Shown piece by piece: positions 35,992 to 47,294 of a stretch of 64,000 nt of DNA. A program made the position numbers and the translations under genes. The DNA is from Saccostrea echinata (taxonomy: Eukaryota): positions 1,426,001-1,490,000 of the forward strand of contig NW_026889772.1 of the NCBI RefSeq assembly GCF_033153115.1, given 5' to 3'. The notes beneath the pieces are model-generated. The model had not been told where the DNA came from and made no database searches. It was given only the letters and a program-made list of their open reading frames with translations. Within the stretch, counting starts at the first letter, position 1; each line of letters opens with the position of its first letter.

Positions 35992-36902
35992 TAGGGATGT
36001 CAAATCGGTCAATTTTTGATAATCGGTTACTCGAACGTTTTTCCGATCGAGTACCCGGGTACTCGGTAAAAATGAAAAAAAACAAGACAGTGTGTTAATT
36101 TTCTTAAGCCCGGTTAAGCTCTGTTTAATCCCAAAGCTGTTTTATCATGTTTATAAATGTATATAAACAACTGAGTCAAATGGAAATGATTTTTTGGTAC
36201 CAAATTTATTTATTAAATAAACTCAAAAGACACAATTAATACATAAAAAAAAAATAAAAATGGTTTACATTTCTTGTTTAGGATCTATTTCATCAACGCA
36301 AAAGGACAATCTGTTACGCAGTTTTGTGATGTTAGACAAACGAAAGAGAAGGAAAAGACATTGTTGGGATTGCTAATCTAATATTATTTCATAATTTGGT
36401 TGTTTCCCACTAAACCCACTAGGCAAACTGACTTTCAATTTTTTTTTAAAAATCTTTAGTATTTCTAAATATTTCTTCACTTTTGAAGTGGGTAGCGGTA
36501 TTTCTATGCATGTCCGATTTCGCTACCGTATATTAATTAAATAATTTAAAAACGATTTGAATATAATAGACCATACTTAAACGATGTTTACTGAAAACAA
36601 TAATTGAAGCCATCCAAAAATTAAGGACCACAATAGGTGAGAAAAGCTGTGTACCAGGTGATTGGTCATTAATTACTGTATATACACAGCCACAGGCAAT
36701 AATGGGTGTTTTACAGGTGTAGATGACGACACGCTAATCACCGTATGAATATTTAATAATTTTTTGATAAGTTTTTGATAAAAATATGTACTTTGAAATA
36801 AGAAAAAAATATACTTCCGAGTAACCGAGTACCATTTTCAGTATTCGATACTCGGACATTCGATCGAGTACCCGGTTAACCGGGTACTCGTTGACATCCC
36901 TA
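35992..36902. mobile_element. hAT-like MITE 67 bp downstream of the LOX-A stop codon
   Basis: 12-bp TIR TAGGGATGTCAA/TTGACATCCCTA, near-TSD taaatttt/taaatgta, subterminal cgagtac/gtactcg repeats. Confidence 0.8.
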
Positions 36903-37164
36903 TAAATGTAACGTCATTAGTTTACTGTGAAATTGCTTATTTTCGTAGTGGTTTAATTTCCATTGTTTTCGTTGTATCAAATCCCCCCAAACTAATATGT
37001 TTTCCTTTAACCACGAAAATCTGACCCTAGAAAAATAAGTGATTTTACAGCATGTAGGGATGTCTTTTAAATCTAGTGTGAAGACTCCTATACTCACCAA
37101 AACATTACCGTAATGATAATAATAAGTTAAAGTTTAGAAGATCGTATATATGACATTATCATAA

Positions 37165-37590
37165 ATAATTAGTAAATAGACCAAGTGTCCGCTAAATAAA
37201 TATATTATAATTTAATAAAAGTAAAATTATGTTAAAGAAATTATAAATGAATGTGTGGGGTTTTTTTTTTTCAAATAAATGTGTATTTATAAAAGATTTG
37301 GTTCTACTTTTGTTAAATATTATATTTTATCTGATGAAACCAATATCTATAATTTGATTTACCTTCGGTCATCAGTAGAATTCTCTGCTAAAGAAATATA
37401 TTATTATTTACTAAAAATAAAATCATGTTAAAAAAATTATGAATGAATGTGTTTGTGTGTGGTTTTTTTTTTTCAAACAAATGTGTATTTATAAGAGATC
37501 ATGTTCTAATTTTGTTAAAAATCATAAGTTTTATCTGAAGAAAGTAATATCTATAATTTGATTTTATTTAAAGTGTGACTCTCGGTCATA
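37165..37590 (+). repeat. ~190-bp AT-rich tandem duplication
   Basis: Two copies of tgaatgtgt..ttttttcaaa.aaatgtgtatttataa..ctataatttgattt..tcggtcat. Confidence 0.7.
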
Positions 37591-38119
37591 AGTAGGAGAC
37601 TGAAAACCTTAGAATCAAAATTATTTGTTTATGTAATTCCTCTGAGATCAACATTTTTTCTTATTTATCTTACAGTAATGCTAGCTTCTTGTACACATAT
37701 CATTTACTTTATGTCCAACTGCATATATTTCTTTATTTTTTACATGGATTATGGGTCATGCACAAGAACTGATATAACCTGAGCACATGATATACCTGGA
37801 AATAGTATCAGAATTTACGTCATCTTTTATTCAACAAGTACGTTAAATTCAAAATACTAATAGAAAGCAACAGCCAAATCAACTGGATTCAGAATATGTC
37901 CGGATTAGCTTACTTACACATGGGAACTTATCAGAGAGTTTGTTTTTTATAATACTGATGTTTAAAAGAAAAATTGTTAGTTTTTTCACCAGCATAGTTT
38001 TCCCTTTCCGTCAACCATAGGAAAATTTTTTTATTTGAATTCTTCACTTAATATTTTTGCGATGAGTAGAGGAAGGCTTGATAGAACATTTATTAGATCC
38101 CACTATGTGTCTTTGCTAC

Positions 38120-38162
<43 letters not shown>

Positions 38163-39060
38163 ACTTTTCACAACGTTTCAATATTCAGAGAGGCTGTAGA
38201 CAAGGGGATCCTTTATCACCTTATATCTTTATCTTGTATGCAGTAATTTAAGTAATTCTGATTAGAAAAAAAACCAAGAGAATCACTGTGAAGAACATGG
38301 AAAAGAAAATATCACAATAAGCGGATAACACTTCAATTAGGTGGTAGCAAAGAATCACTGATAGAAGTGATGAAAACATTAAAGAAATTCTCAGAAATGT
38401 CTGGTTAATATATATCAATTGTTCAAAATCCCATGCGGTTTAAATTGGTTCCAAAACAAATTAGTCATGAGTATAACCTTAAGTGGGGATGTACAAGATT
38501 TACCCTATTTGGAATTGAATTTGATGTCGATTTGAATGAAATGGAAAGACTCAACTGTGAACTCAAATTAAGACATATAAAAGACACGATTAACCAGTGG
38601 AGTAGGAGATATTTGACACCTGTTGGGAAGATATCGTTCTCAGAACTCTAGTTCTATCTCTTTTACATCATTATTAATGGTTATTCCTAATCCATCAGAA
38701 AACTTTTTGAAGGAACTTAAAAAAATATTTCATTTGTATGGAATGATCCATATCACAGAGTGAAGAAAGATGTCTTAGTAAAAAAATATATGAAGAAGGC
38801 GGACTAAAAATGATAGATATAAGAGCTTTTACTGCATGACTAAAATTATTTTGGATGAGACGGCTCATTTTGTCAGATAAAGATTTACAAAATATTTTAC
38901 CGGATATAGATTTGATAAAAAATATCAACATGTGGCATTGAATATATTAAAATTATCCTTAAGAATTTGAAAAACAAGTTATTGGAAAGATGTTTTTGAG
39001 CCGTGGACTGAATTAGATAATAAACACTTTAGTCATTGTGAGGTTTCAGGAGACGCACCA

Positions 39061-40797
39061 TTTTTAGCTCTTCTGAGCCAAAGGCTCAAAGAGCTAATGC
39101 TATGGCCATTTGTGCGGTGTGCGTAAACTTTTTAGAATATGGGCCATAACTCAAGAACCCCTTGGCCAATTATTGTCAAATTTGTCACAGGGTATCCTTG
39201 GCCCAAGGGCTCCCTTTTATACTAAAACTGGGGTTGTGACCCTTTAACAAGGGGAGATAATTAGGAAAATAGAAACAAAAGTACTGGTTGCTAAAAAATC
39301 TTCTTCTCAAGAACCACTGGGCAGATTATCACCAAACTTACACAAAAGGATGAGGATATGTTGTAGATTAAAATTTGCACGGGGATTTACCCTGGGGCAA
39401 AGGGCGTGGTCTCAAGGTCACTTCAAAGTTGACCAAAAATTACATTTTATTAAAATGTTGATATTTTGCTTACTATAAGGACTAGGATCATCAAATCTTG
39501 TCAGTTGGTGCATCTAAGGACCTCATATCATGTTGACTCAAAAGTAGGTCACGGTGACCTACTTTTTAAATTTTGCGGCCATTCTTTTTCAAAATGATTT
39601 AGAGGCATATTTTGAACAATTTAAGGCCTATGATCATCAAACTTTGTCAGTTGATGCATCTTGGGTCCTCAAAGTACGTCAACTAAAAAGTAGGTCACCT
39701 TGACCTACTTTTTGAATTTTATGGCTAATCTTTTTTAAAACAATTAAGGTCATTAATTCGAATACGGGGAGGCTTAGAATCATTAAATCTTGTAAGATGA
39801 TGCATCTTGGGGCCATAAAACATATTAATTAAAAAGTAGGTCACAGTGACCTACTTTTTGAACTTTGCAGGCATTCGATTTCAAAGCATTTTAGAGGCAT
39901 AATTTGGACATTTTAAGTCCTATGATCATAAAACTTTGTAAGTTGATGCATCTTGGGTCCTCAAAAAAGGTCAACTGAAAAGTAGGTCACCGTGACCTGC
40001 TTTTCAATTTATATGACTATAATTAAATATTTCAGGTACTAATTGGCTTAGAATCATCAAACTTTGTCAGTTGATGCATCTTGGGTCTTCGGAGTAGGTC
40101 GACTAAAAAGTAGGTCACAGTGACCTACTTTTGAAAATTTATGGCGTTAATTAAATATTTTTCGGGTACTAATTGGCTTAGAATCATCAAACTTTGTCAG
40201 TTGATGCATCTTGGGTCTTCAGAGTAGGTCGACTAAAAAGTAGGTCACAGTGACCTACTTTTCAAAATTTATGGCGATAATTAAATATTTCGGGTACTAA
40301 TTGGCTTAGAATCATCAAACTTTGTCAGTCGATGTATCTTTGGTCCTCGGAGTACAGCAACTGAAAAGTAGGTCACGGTGACCTACTTTTGAAAATTTAT
40401 GGCTTTAATTAAATATTACAGGTACTAATTGGCTTAGAATCATCAAACTTTGTCAGTTGATGCATCTTGGGTCCTTGGAGTAAAACAATTGAAAAGTAGG
40501 TCACTTTGACCTACTTATAAAATTTTATGATTATAATTTTTAAAAATATTTTAGGTATTAATTGGCTTAGAATCATCAAACTTAGTTGATGGGTCCTCAG
40601 AGAATGACAAGTGATAAGTAGGTCACCATGACCAACTCTCAGGTACTAATTGGCTTAGAATCATCTTGGGTTCTCAGAGTGTGAATTGGAATTTCAAGGG
40701 TTTATGTAAATATACAGGATACTTTGAGGCTTCAAATAGAAGTGATAGGTTGTACAGTTTATCAGAAGAGCGATTCAAGGCCCATGGGCCTCTTGTT
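39061..40797 (+). mobile_element. Non-autonomous Helentron with a 146/128-bp palindrome-bearing satellite
   Basis: 5' TTAGCTCTTCTGAGCCAAAGGCTCAAAGAGCTAA, 3' CAGAAGAGCGATTCAAGGCCCATGGGCCTCTTGTT, inserted in a T-run, 9 monomers mostly containing AAAAGTAGGTCAC-N-GTGACCTACTTTT. Confidence 0.85.
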
Positions 40798-41295
40798 TTT
40801 TTATAAAACTAAAATTGTCATTGATGGGAAAGTTATTTATATTAAAAATATGTATGACCTGAATATTAGATTTATATATGACCTTATAGATGAGAATGGT
40901 TTCTTTTACCATTTTTGTGATATGTTTCCAAATGTAAGTCTCAATTTCTTAAAATTTGCAGGTCTAATACATGCTGTAAAAACATGAATGAGGGCAATGA
41001 AAATCAATGATGTCACCTTAAAATTACCAAACCCTTATATTTTGTCTACCACTCAAGTTCTTTCAAAGATTAAGAAAGCAGAACAGTTTTATGAAATAAT
41101 TAATGTTAATGATGTTGAACCCACGGGGGAAAAGATGAAATGATAGTTTTATTTGAGGAAAAAGGAAAGTAATATGATTTATAAACTTCCATGAAAAATT
41201 GCAAAAACAGTCAACTTCAATGGTTTCAATATAAAATTTTGAATAAAACACTAGGTACAAACTCCTATCTTTTTAAATTTAGGAAAAGAGGTAAT

Positions 41296-42200
41296 TGAGT
41301 TTCTTACTGACAATATCTATGTAGTTTTTGAAAATCAGGTCTTTCAACAATCTGTTGGAATTTCCATGGGTACCAATTGCGCACCCTTGTTAGCAGACCT
41401 ATTTTTGCATTCATCCGAGGCAGAATTTATTTTAAAACTTTTAGATGAGAAGAGGAAAACACTTGTTGTAGTCTTCAACTCGATATTTAGATATATCGAC
41501 GACGTATTATCAATTAAAAATAGTTACTTCCATTCCTAAGTCGACTCGATATATCCGAGTGAGTTTAAAATAAAAGATACCAAAGAGTCTGACACATTTG
41601 TTTCATATTTAGATATTTTACTAGAAAAAATTTTAATGGTAACCTAATAACAAAGCTTTATGATAAACGTACTGACTTCAATTTTTCAATCGTCAACTTC
41701 CTTTACTTACGTAGCAATATACCCTTATAACCTGCATACGGGGTTTTTGACTCCCAGTTGATTCGATACGCAAGAGCGTGCTCCATGTATGAACAATTTC
41801 TAAAAACGAGGCAAGCTATTGACAAACAAGTTGATGAAACAAGGATATCAACAGTCTCGTTTGAAGTCATCATTTGACAAATTTTATGGTCGATACAATG
41901 ACCTTGTCAGTAAATACAACCTGTCATTAAGTCAAATGCTGACAGACATTTTTCATACTAATTGTCAGGCCATTATTTATACAGTGAATTGTCGACGGAT
42001 TTTCCCCTTATTTCCCGATCATGACAAGGAGCACACTCGTACAGCGGGTGTGACCGGTCGGCAGGGGATGTTCACTCCTCCATGCCACCTGATCCTACTT
42101 CTGATGTTTTTAGAGATCTTTCTTTGTTCTGCTCCCGATTTGTATTGTCTAAATGGACGACTTTGAGCTTGAATACTGTTTGTTATCTTCTTATTTCATT
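41296..42200 (+). mobile_element. Best-preserved Naiad-type PLE RT 3' fragment
   Basis: [57 protein letters not shown]. The RT frame ends without a C-terminal endonuclease, followed by the 3' tail. Confidence 0.85.
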
Positions 42201-42321
42201 ATAAATTATGCTCTTTCTGCGATGTGGAAGAAGAAACAATAATACAATCATGTTTTATGGAAATGTGATAATGTGCATACTTTTCTTAAAAATCTTGAAC
42301 TATATTGTGGACTATATAACA

Positions 42322-43410
42322 GGTGAAGAAAAACGAACGGTGATCGATCTCAAAAAATCTACAAACAATATAAATCTGTGAAGCGGGCATTAAAGAAGGA
42401 CCCCTGGAAATTCCAGAGGTTGAATCAGGTGCCTAGGAGGAGTAAGGACTCCCTGTTGACCGGTCACACCCGCCGCAAGACCTTTGAATTAATCAAGGAT
42501 ACATTGCGTAGTCAAATCTAGTATAAAAAGAAATGTCTAACATTTAGTGCGATACAAGTCAGCCAAAATACGACCCAGTGATAAGGTATATTTGCGAACA
42601 AGGTCGTTATAACGACCATAGAATTTACGAAGTGCTGACATTAAACGAGGTTGTTGAAATCCCTGTAAAATCAGCTAATCAGTGAGTAGCATGCCTCGTT
42701 TTAAAATTTGATAGTACTCAGAGCCAGCTCTTGAGTAGCAAATGTTTGGAGACATGAACACAATAAGCAGTTGGTAGTGGAATATTACCTCAAAATAAGG
42801 AAAGTTGACGATGGAAAAGCTGAAGTCATATCGTTTGTCATACAATTTAGTTGTTAGCTGGCCCATATTTTCTATAGTCAGTAAAACATCTAAATATGAA
42901 ACAGATGTGGCAGACTCTATGGTGTTTTTTATTTCAAGTTCACTGGGATATATCGAGACGACATATGAATAAAAATGACTGTTGTTAATTGGTAAAACAT
43001 CGTCAATGTATCTGAATGTAGAATTGAAGGCCATGGCAAGTGATTTCCTCTTCTCATGTAGAAATTTTTAAATTCTGCTGCATAGGAAATATAAAAACTA
43101 GTCGGTTAATAGAGGAGTACAATTAGTGCCCATCGGAATTCCAACAGTTTGTTTGAAAACGGTCTCCGAACACTACATAAATGTCAATGAGGTACTCCAG
43201 CATCCTTTTAATATCAACTTCAGAGTACTTGTGTGTACAAACACAATGGTTTTTAACGAAGTTATTTTGCAGATGACCAATCTCAAGGTGTGAAAATTTC
43301 CGAGTTCCGTTTTTATTGAAGAAGCAATTCTTTATGATATCGAAAAGTTTAGATTTTAATTTATCGTGAAGAATTGATGTATAAAGTGTGGAAAAGTAGT
43401 ATGTTTTGTA
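42322..43410 (-). mobile_element. Naiad-type PLE fragment, minus strand
   Basis: ORF 42675..43034 [32 protein letters not shown]; tail at 42322-42480. Confidence 0.85.
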
Positions 43411-43799
43411 TTGTGAACAATGATATATACATTTGTGGTATTTCTCTCTTATGTAAACTTGCAGAGAGCTAATATCTTCATACCTGTATTAAATCTGTGG
43501 CAGTTATACATACAGAAAAACTACTTTCAAGTTGATTTTTTATGATAGCTGCCTAGAATAGTAATCTCAATGGTTCCTTTTTCTTTCTGTAGGCCTTTAA
43601 TCTTCATCCGAAACTCTCGGTATTTTTTTTTTACTCGTCTATACCTTTTGTAATATTAAATTTTCCAGTCTACTCAAAATATCAATGAATTCATGCCACA
43701 AACATTTCGGTAAACACACGACCTAACCTATGACGAGAAGATTGCTTTGAGAGGGTAAACAATCTCAGTCTCTTCATCATAACGGATATGTCTCACTAA

Positions 43800-44205
43800 A
43801 AACCGAGGCATTTAACTAACAGATAAGTTGATGTCACAGGGATTTCAACAACCTCGTTTAAAGTCAGCATTTCGTAAATTTTATGGTTGTTATAATGACC
43901 TTGTTAGCAAACATAACCTATCATGGGGTCGAATTATGGCTGACGTGTTTTATACCAATTGTTATGCTTTTTTATACTTAATTTGACTAAGAAATATTTC
44001 GTCCACCTGGTCAATACATAGGGATTACGGCAGGTGTGACTGGTCAACAGTTGATGCTTACTCCTCCTAGGAACCTGATCCAACCTGTGGAATTTCCAGG
44101 GGGGGGGGGGTCATGATTTAATGCCCTGTTTACAGATTTGTATTGTTTGTATATGTAGATATTTTTGGGATCGTTCACCGTTCGTTATCGTCACCTTTTT
44201 CATTT
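43800..44205 (+). mobile_element. Naiad-type 3' fragment, second subfamily
   Basis: [24 protein letters not shown] plus tail. Confidence 0.75.
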
Positions 44206-44554
44206 CTATGAACACATCTCTAACAATATACAGTGTGTGAGTGGCCTTTGCGATTGATGTATAGTCAAGAGATAGTGATCTGGCTTGTTGTTCGTTGGGA
44301 AGTCTTCATTAGAGGGAGATACGATGACGTTCCTGCTGTCTGACAACCATGTCAAGTTCAACGACACATCGTTCTCCATTCTGAAAGATAATGAAAATAA
44401 ATACTGACTACTTACGTACGTTCATACACTTGTATTTTTTAGCAAAATGCGCTTTATAATTTTTTTTTTATTCTTGAAGAAGGATGATATCCATATCTAG
44501 TCCCAACTTTCGTAAAATAGTCTTCGTCTTAATTTTCATTTTCACTGACCAGGG

Positions 44555-45455
44555 ACCCAGGAATACAATAAAGAAATCCCGCTTGTCGTTACATATAACC
44601 CCCGGAACCTTTTAATGTCTAACTCCGTAAAACAGTGTTTCCCCATTCTACAACAATCCCAAAATCTAAAGTAATTGATTGACCTGAGGAGCATTATCTA
44701 TAGCCGGCGCCAACCCCCAAACCTGAAGAAACTCCTTACAAGAGCCAAATTTTCGTCAAATGAAGACATACATTGTACGCACAGTAGCCAAATGTATGGA
44801 CCCCCTAAGTGGAACCTGTCCTTATTTAAAAACGGGAGAGAAGTTTACTTTTAAAAGTGTTAAAACATTTACCGTTAATGCGAATATGTCATGCAAATCT
44901 AAAAATTTGATATGCTTTATGACTTGTACTTCAGGCGGGGAAAATTACGTTGGACAGACCGGCAACAAACTAGCTGACAGTGTAAAAGTCCATAAACAAC
45001 AAATACGGGACCCCTCTGTCAGGAATACGCCTTGCAGTGAACATTTTTATTCATGTGCGAACTTTTTAATATTTCCATTTTATAAAGTTCTAGAAAATAA
45101 TGAACAATTATGGAGAGCCAAGGAAGATTACTTTGTAATATTATTTAAACCTAAACTAAATGTAAATTGAACATTATATCTTAAAAGTAGCAGTCTATTT
45201 CATCACAATGTACATGTGTTCAATTCTATACGTTTGGCGCCCTATTGACATTTACCTGCGCCAATGTATAATGCTGCCTTTGTGACGTCACAATAACGAC
45301 GTCATAACAACCAAGTAGTATTCTTTTTATAAACTTTATTACACTCTGAAGAGCCTCACGGCGAAAGCGCCAGTGTAATAATTAAATGTGAACTTGCTTG
45401 TTTATCTTGGATTAAGTTTTAATTTAAAACCTACCTATACCATGGACTTTTAATA
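44555..45455 (+). mobile_element. Penelope-like element 3' remnant with a C-terminal GIY-YIG endonuclease (Neptune-like)
   Basis: IPLVVTYNPRN, RRQPPNLKKLLTRAKF, Cys-rich linker, C..KNLI..MTC....NYVGQTG..L....VHKQQI..CSEHF..E..F...FKPKLN; downstream hammerhead-like motif. Confidence 0.8.
45336..45381 (+). ncRNA. Minimal type I hammerhead-ribozyme-like motif (probably degenerate)
   Basis: TTATTACACT-CTGAAGA-GCC-TCAC-GGC-GAAA-GCGCC-AGTGTAATAA: 10-bp stem I, CUGANGA, stem II and GAAA are present; the NUH U is missing. Confidence 0.7.
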
Positions 45456-45463
45456 TATATATA

Positions 45464-46130
45464 TACGAGGGTTGTCCCAGAAAAACGCAAACTTTGTGAA
45501 TATTTCAGAAACTATTCGACCAAAACTAATAATTTTTTGAACGTTGTTGGAAAATGATATTTTCGGTATTTTGACAAAATATTTTAGGCTTGTGATGTCA
45601 TAAGTATATAAAAACAGCATTTAAAGGGTATTAAATATCGGTGGTCGGAGCACGGCAATTTTTTTTTGAATTTTAAAAGTAGTATTGTCAATGAAGTTTT
45701 CTTTATTACCAGGCTATATGGAAATATAGTATCACAAAATTTACCTCCATAAATACTCTTCGATCTGGTGTAACTCGTGTATAAAAATTCATTAATTTGA
45801 CATCATTAATGACAAATATATGACGTTTTATGCCAAAACACTTTTAATTAGATATTGTTAAAAATGGTGACGTTTGGCGGTAACGTGGAGCACCAAATTA
45901 TTAAGCAGTACTGTGTTGAGTGGGATATGACTCCTATCCATACGATTAAAGATATGTTAACGACGGAAAAACAGAAACATAAATCTCGGACACAGGTTTA
46001 TCCCTAGTTGAAGAGGTTTGAGGATGGCTTGACTGCTTATCAAATAGAAGAGGCGTTTTGTAGACCACCAAAAATGAAGACAAACTCAAAGTCAGGAACT
46101 GGACGTCCAAGGCCTATGTGAAGGCCGCCG
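45464..46130 (+). mobile_element. Mariner-like DNA transposon remnant
   Basis: TA-CGAGGGTTGTCC terminus, with the same terminus inverted at 17276-17291; possible decayed transposase N-terminus near 45880-46070. Confidence 0.5.
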
Positions 46131-46832
46131 TTAAACAATGCGAACTGTTAGGTTTATTATCGGGATTGAGAAATTGTCTTTTAAAAGCATTAATTCCGCA
46201 ATCTTTTGGTAACACTAGTATTTGAGATGTATAACTTGGTAAATGAAGGAAAATTGAATACAGTGCCGAATTTATTTATGCTTAAACGAATTTTATCAGA
46301 AGCACATTTCCAGGACAAATTCACAAACGCCACGAGCTACGTTTTGATGTCGTCAGTGTTGCGCCGACAACTGATTTTTAATATTCGTTTACCCGAGAGA
46401 AAATTTTATTTCTGCAGATAATTCATTCAAATTTGTATGCATTATTAAAAAAATGTTGATTATGATGTATGCCAATTTTTAACTTTATAGTGTCAGTGAA
46501 ACAAAAGATATTGAAAATGTTCGCGTATNNNNNNNNNNNNNNNNNNNNNNNNNNNNNNNNNNNNNNNNNNNNNNNNNNNNNNNNNNNNNNNNNNNNNNNN
46601 NNNNNNNNNNNNNNNNNNNNNNNNNNNNNNNNNNNNNNNNNNNNNNNNNNNNNNNNNNNNNNNNNNNNNTACCAAAGCAAACAACAGATAAAGGAAGTGG
46701 TTCTTAGTGTAGGTCCTTGATAGTGAGCGATTACAACGTATCAATATAGAAATAGGAGGTGTGCACCCCATATCCTATATTTATTACTTTAGTTACCAGT
46801 AATATTGTGTATCTACTGATTAAAGATCCTCA

Positions 46833-47294
46833 ATGGTCACTTACGAAATTAAAGTGAAGACCGGGGATGTGCTGGGGGCGGGTACAGATGCCAACGTAGA
46901 GATAGTTCTACTGGGTAGCTCTGGGAAGCAAACACAATCCGCCACTCTTGATAACAGGTTTAGAAATGATTTTGAAAGATGCCGGACAGATGTCTTTACC
47001 ATAAAAGATAAAACAGATATTCCTGAAGTAACTGAAATCAAGCTGCGAAGAGACAAAGCGGGTTCCTTCAGCGATTGGTTTGTCGAAAAGATCCAGGTAA
47101 CCAATCGGACGAGCGGATATATATCTGTTTTTCCAATACTCCGATGGATTCCTCCTAATGTTGACCTTTATTTTGGACGATATGATGCCTCTCTGCCTCA
47201 GTTTGATCCTCGACCAGAACAACGCAGGGCTGAACTTCAAGAGAAAAGACAACTATACGAGTATGAACAGAAAAGACCGGGATTTCCCGTTCAG
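46833..47294 (+). CDS. LOX-B exon 1 (PLAT domain)
   Basis: 462 nt as in LOX-A; donor CAG|GTTGTA. Confidence 0.9.

Larger units (their letters stand above)
38160..42320 (+). mobile_element. Decayed L1/Tx1-type LINE ORF2 3' half, split by a Helentron (39061-40797) and a Naiad copy (41296-42200)
   Basis: RGCRQGDPLSPYIF (~38190), degenerate YADD (~38320), LTPVGK, GGLKMID, QWFQYKILNKTLGTN (~41220), and C..FC..EEET..H..W..C knuckle (~42208-42270). Confidence 0.75.

Noticed and set aside
42040-42135. HDV-like ribozyme in the Naiad tail
   Set aside because: A P1/P2-like crossing exists, but there is no room for P1.1-GG, P4 or a J4/2 catalytic C between the two 3' strands.
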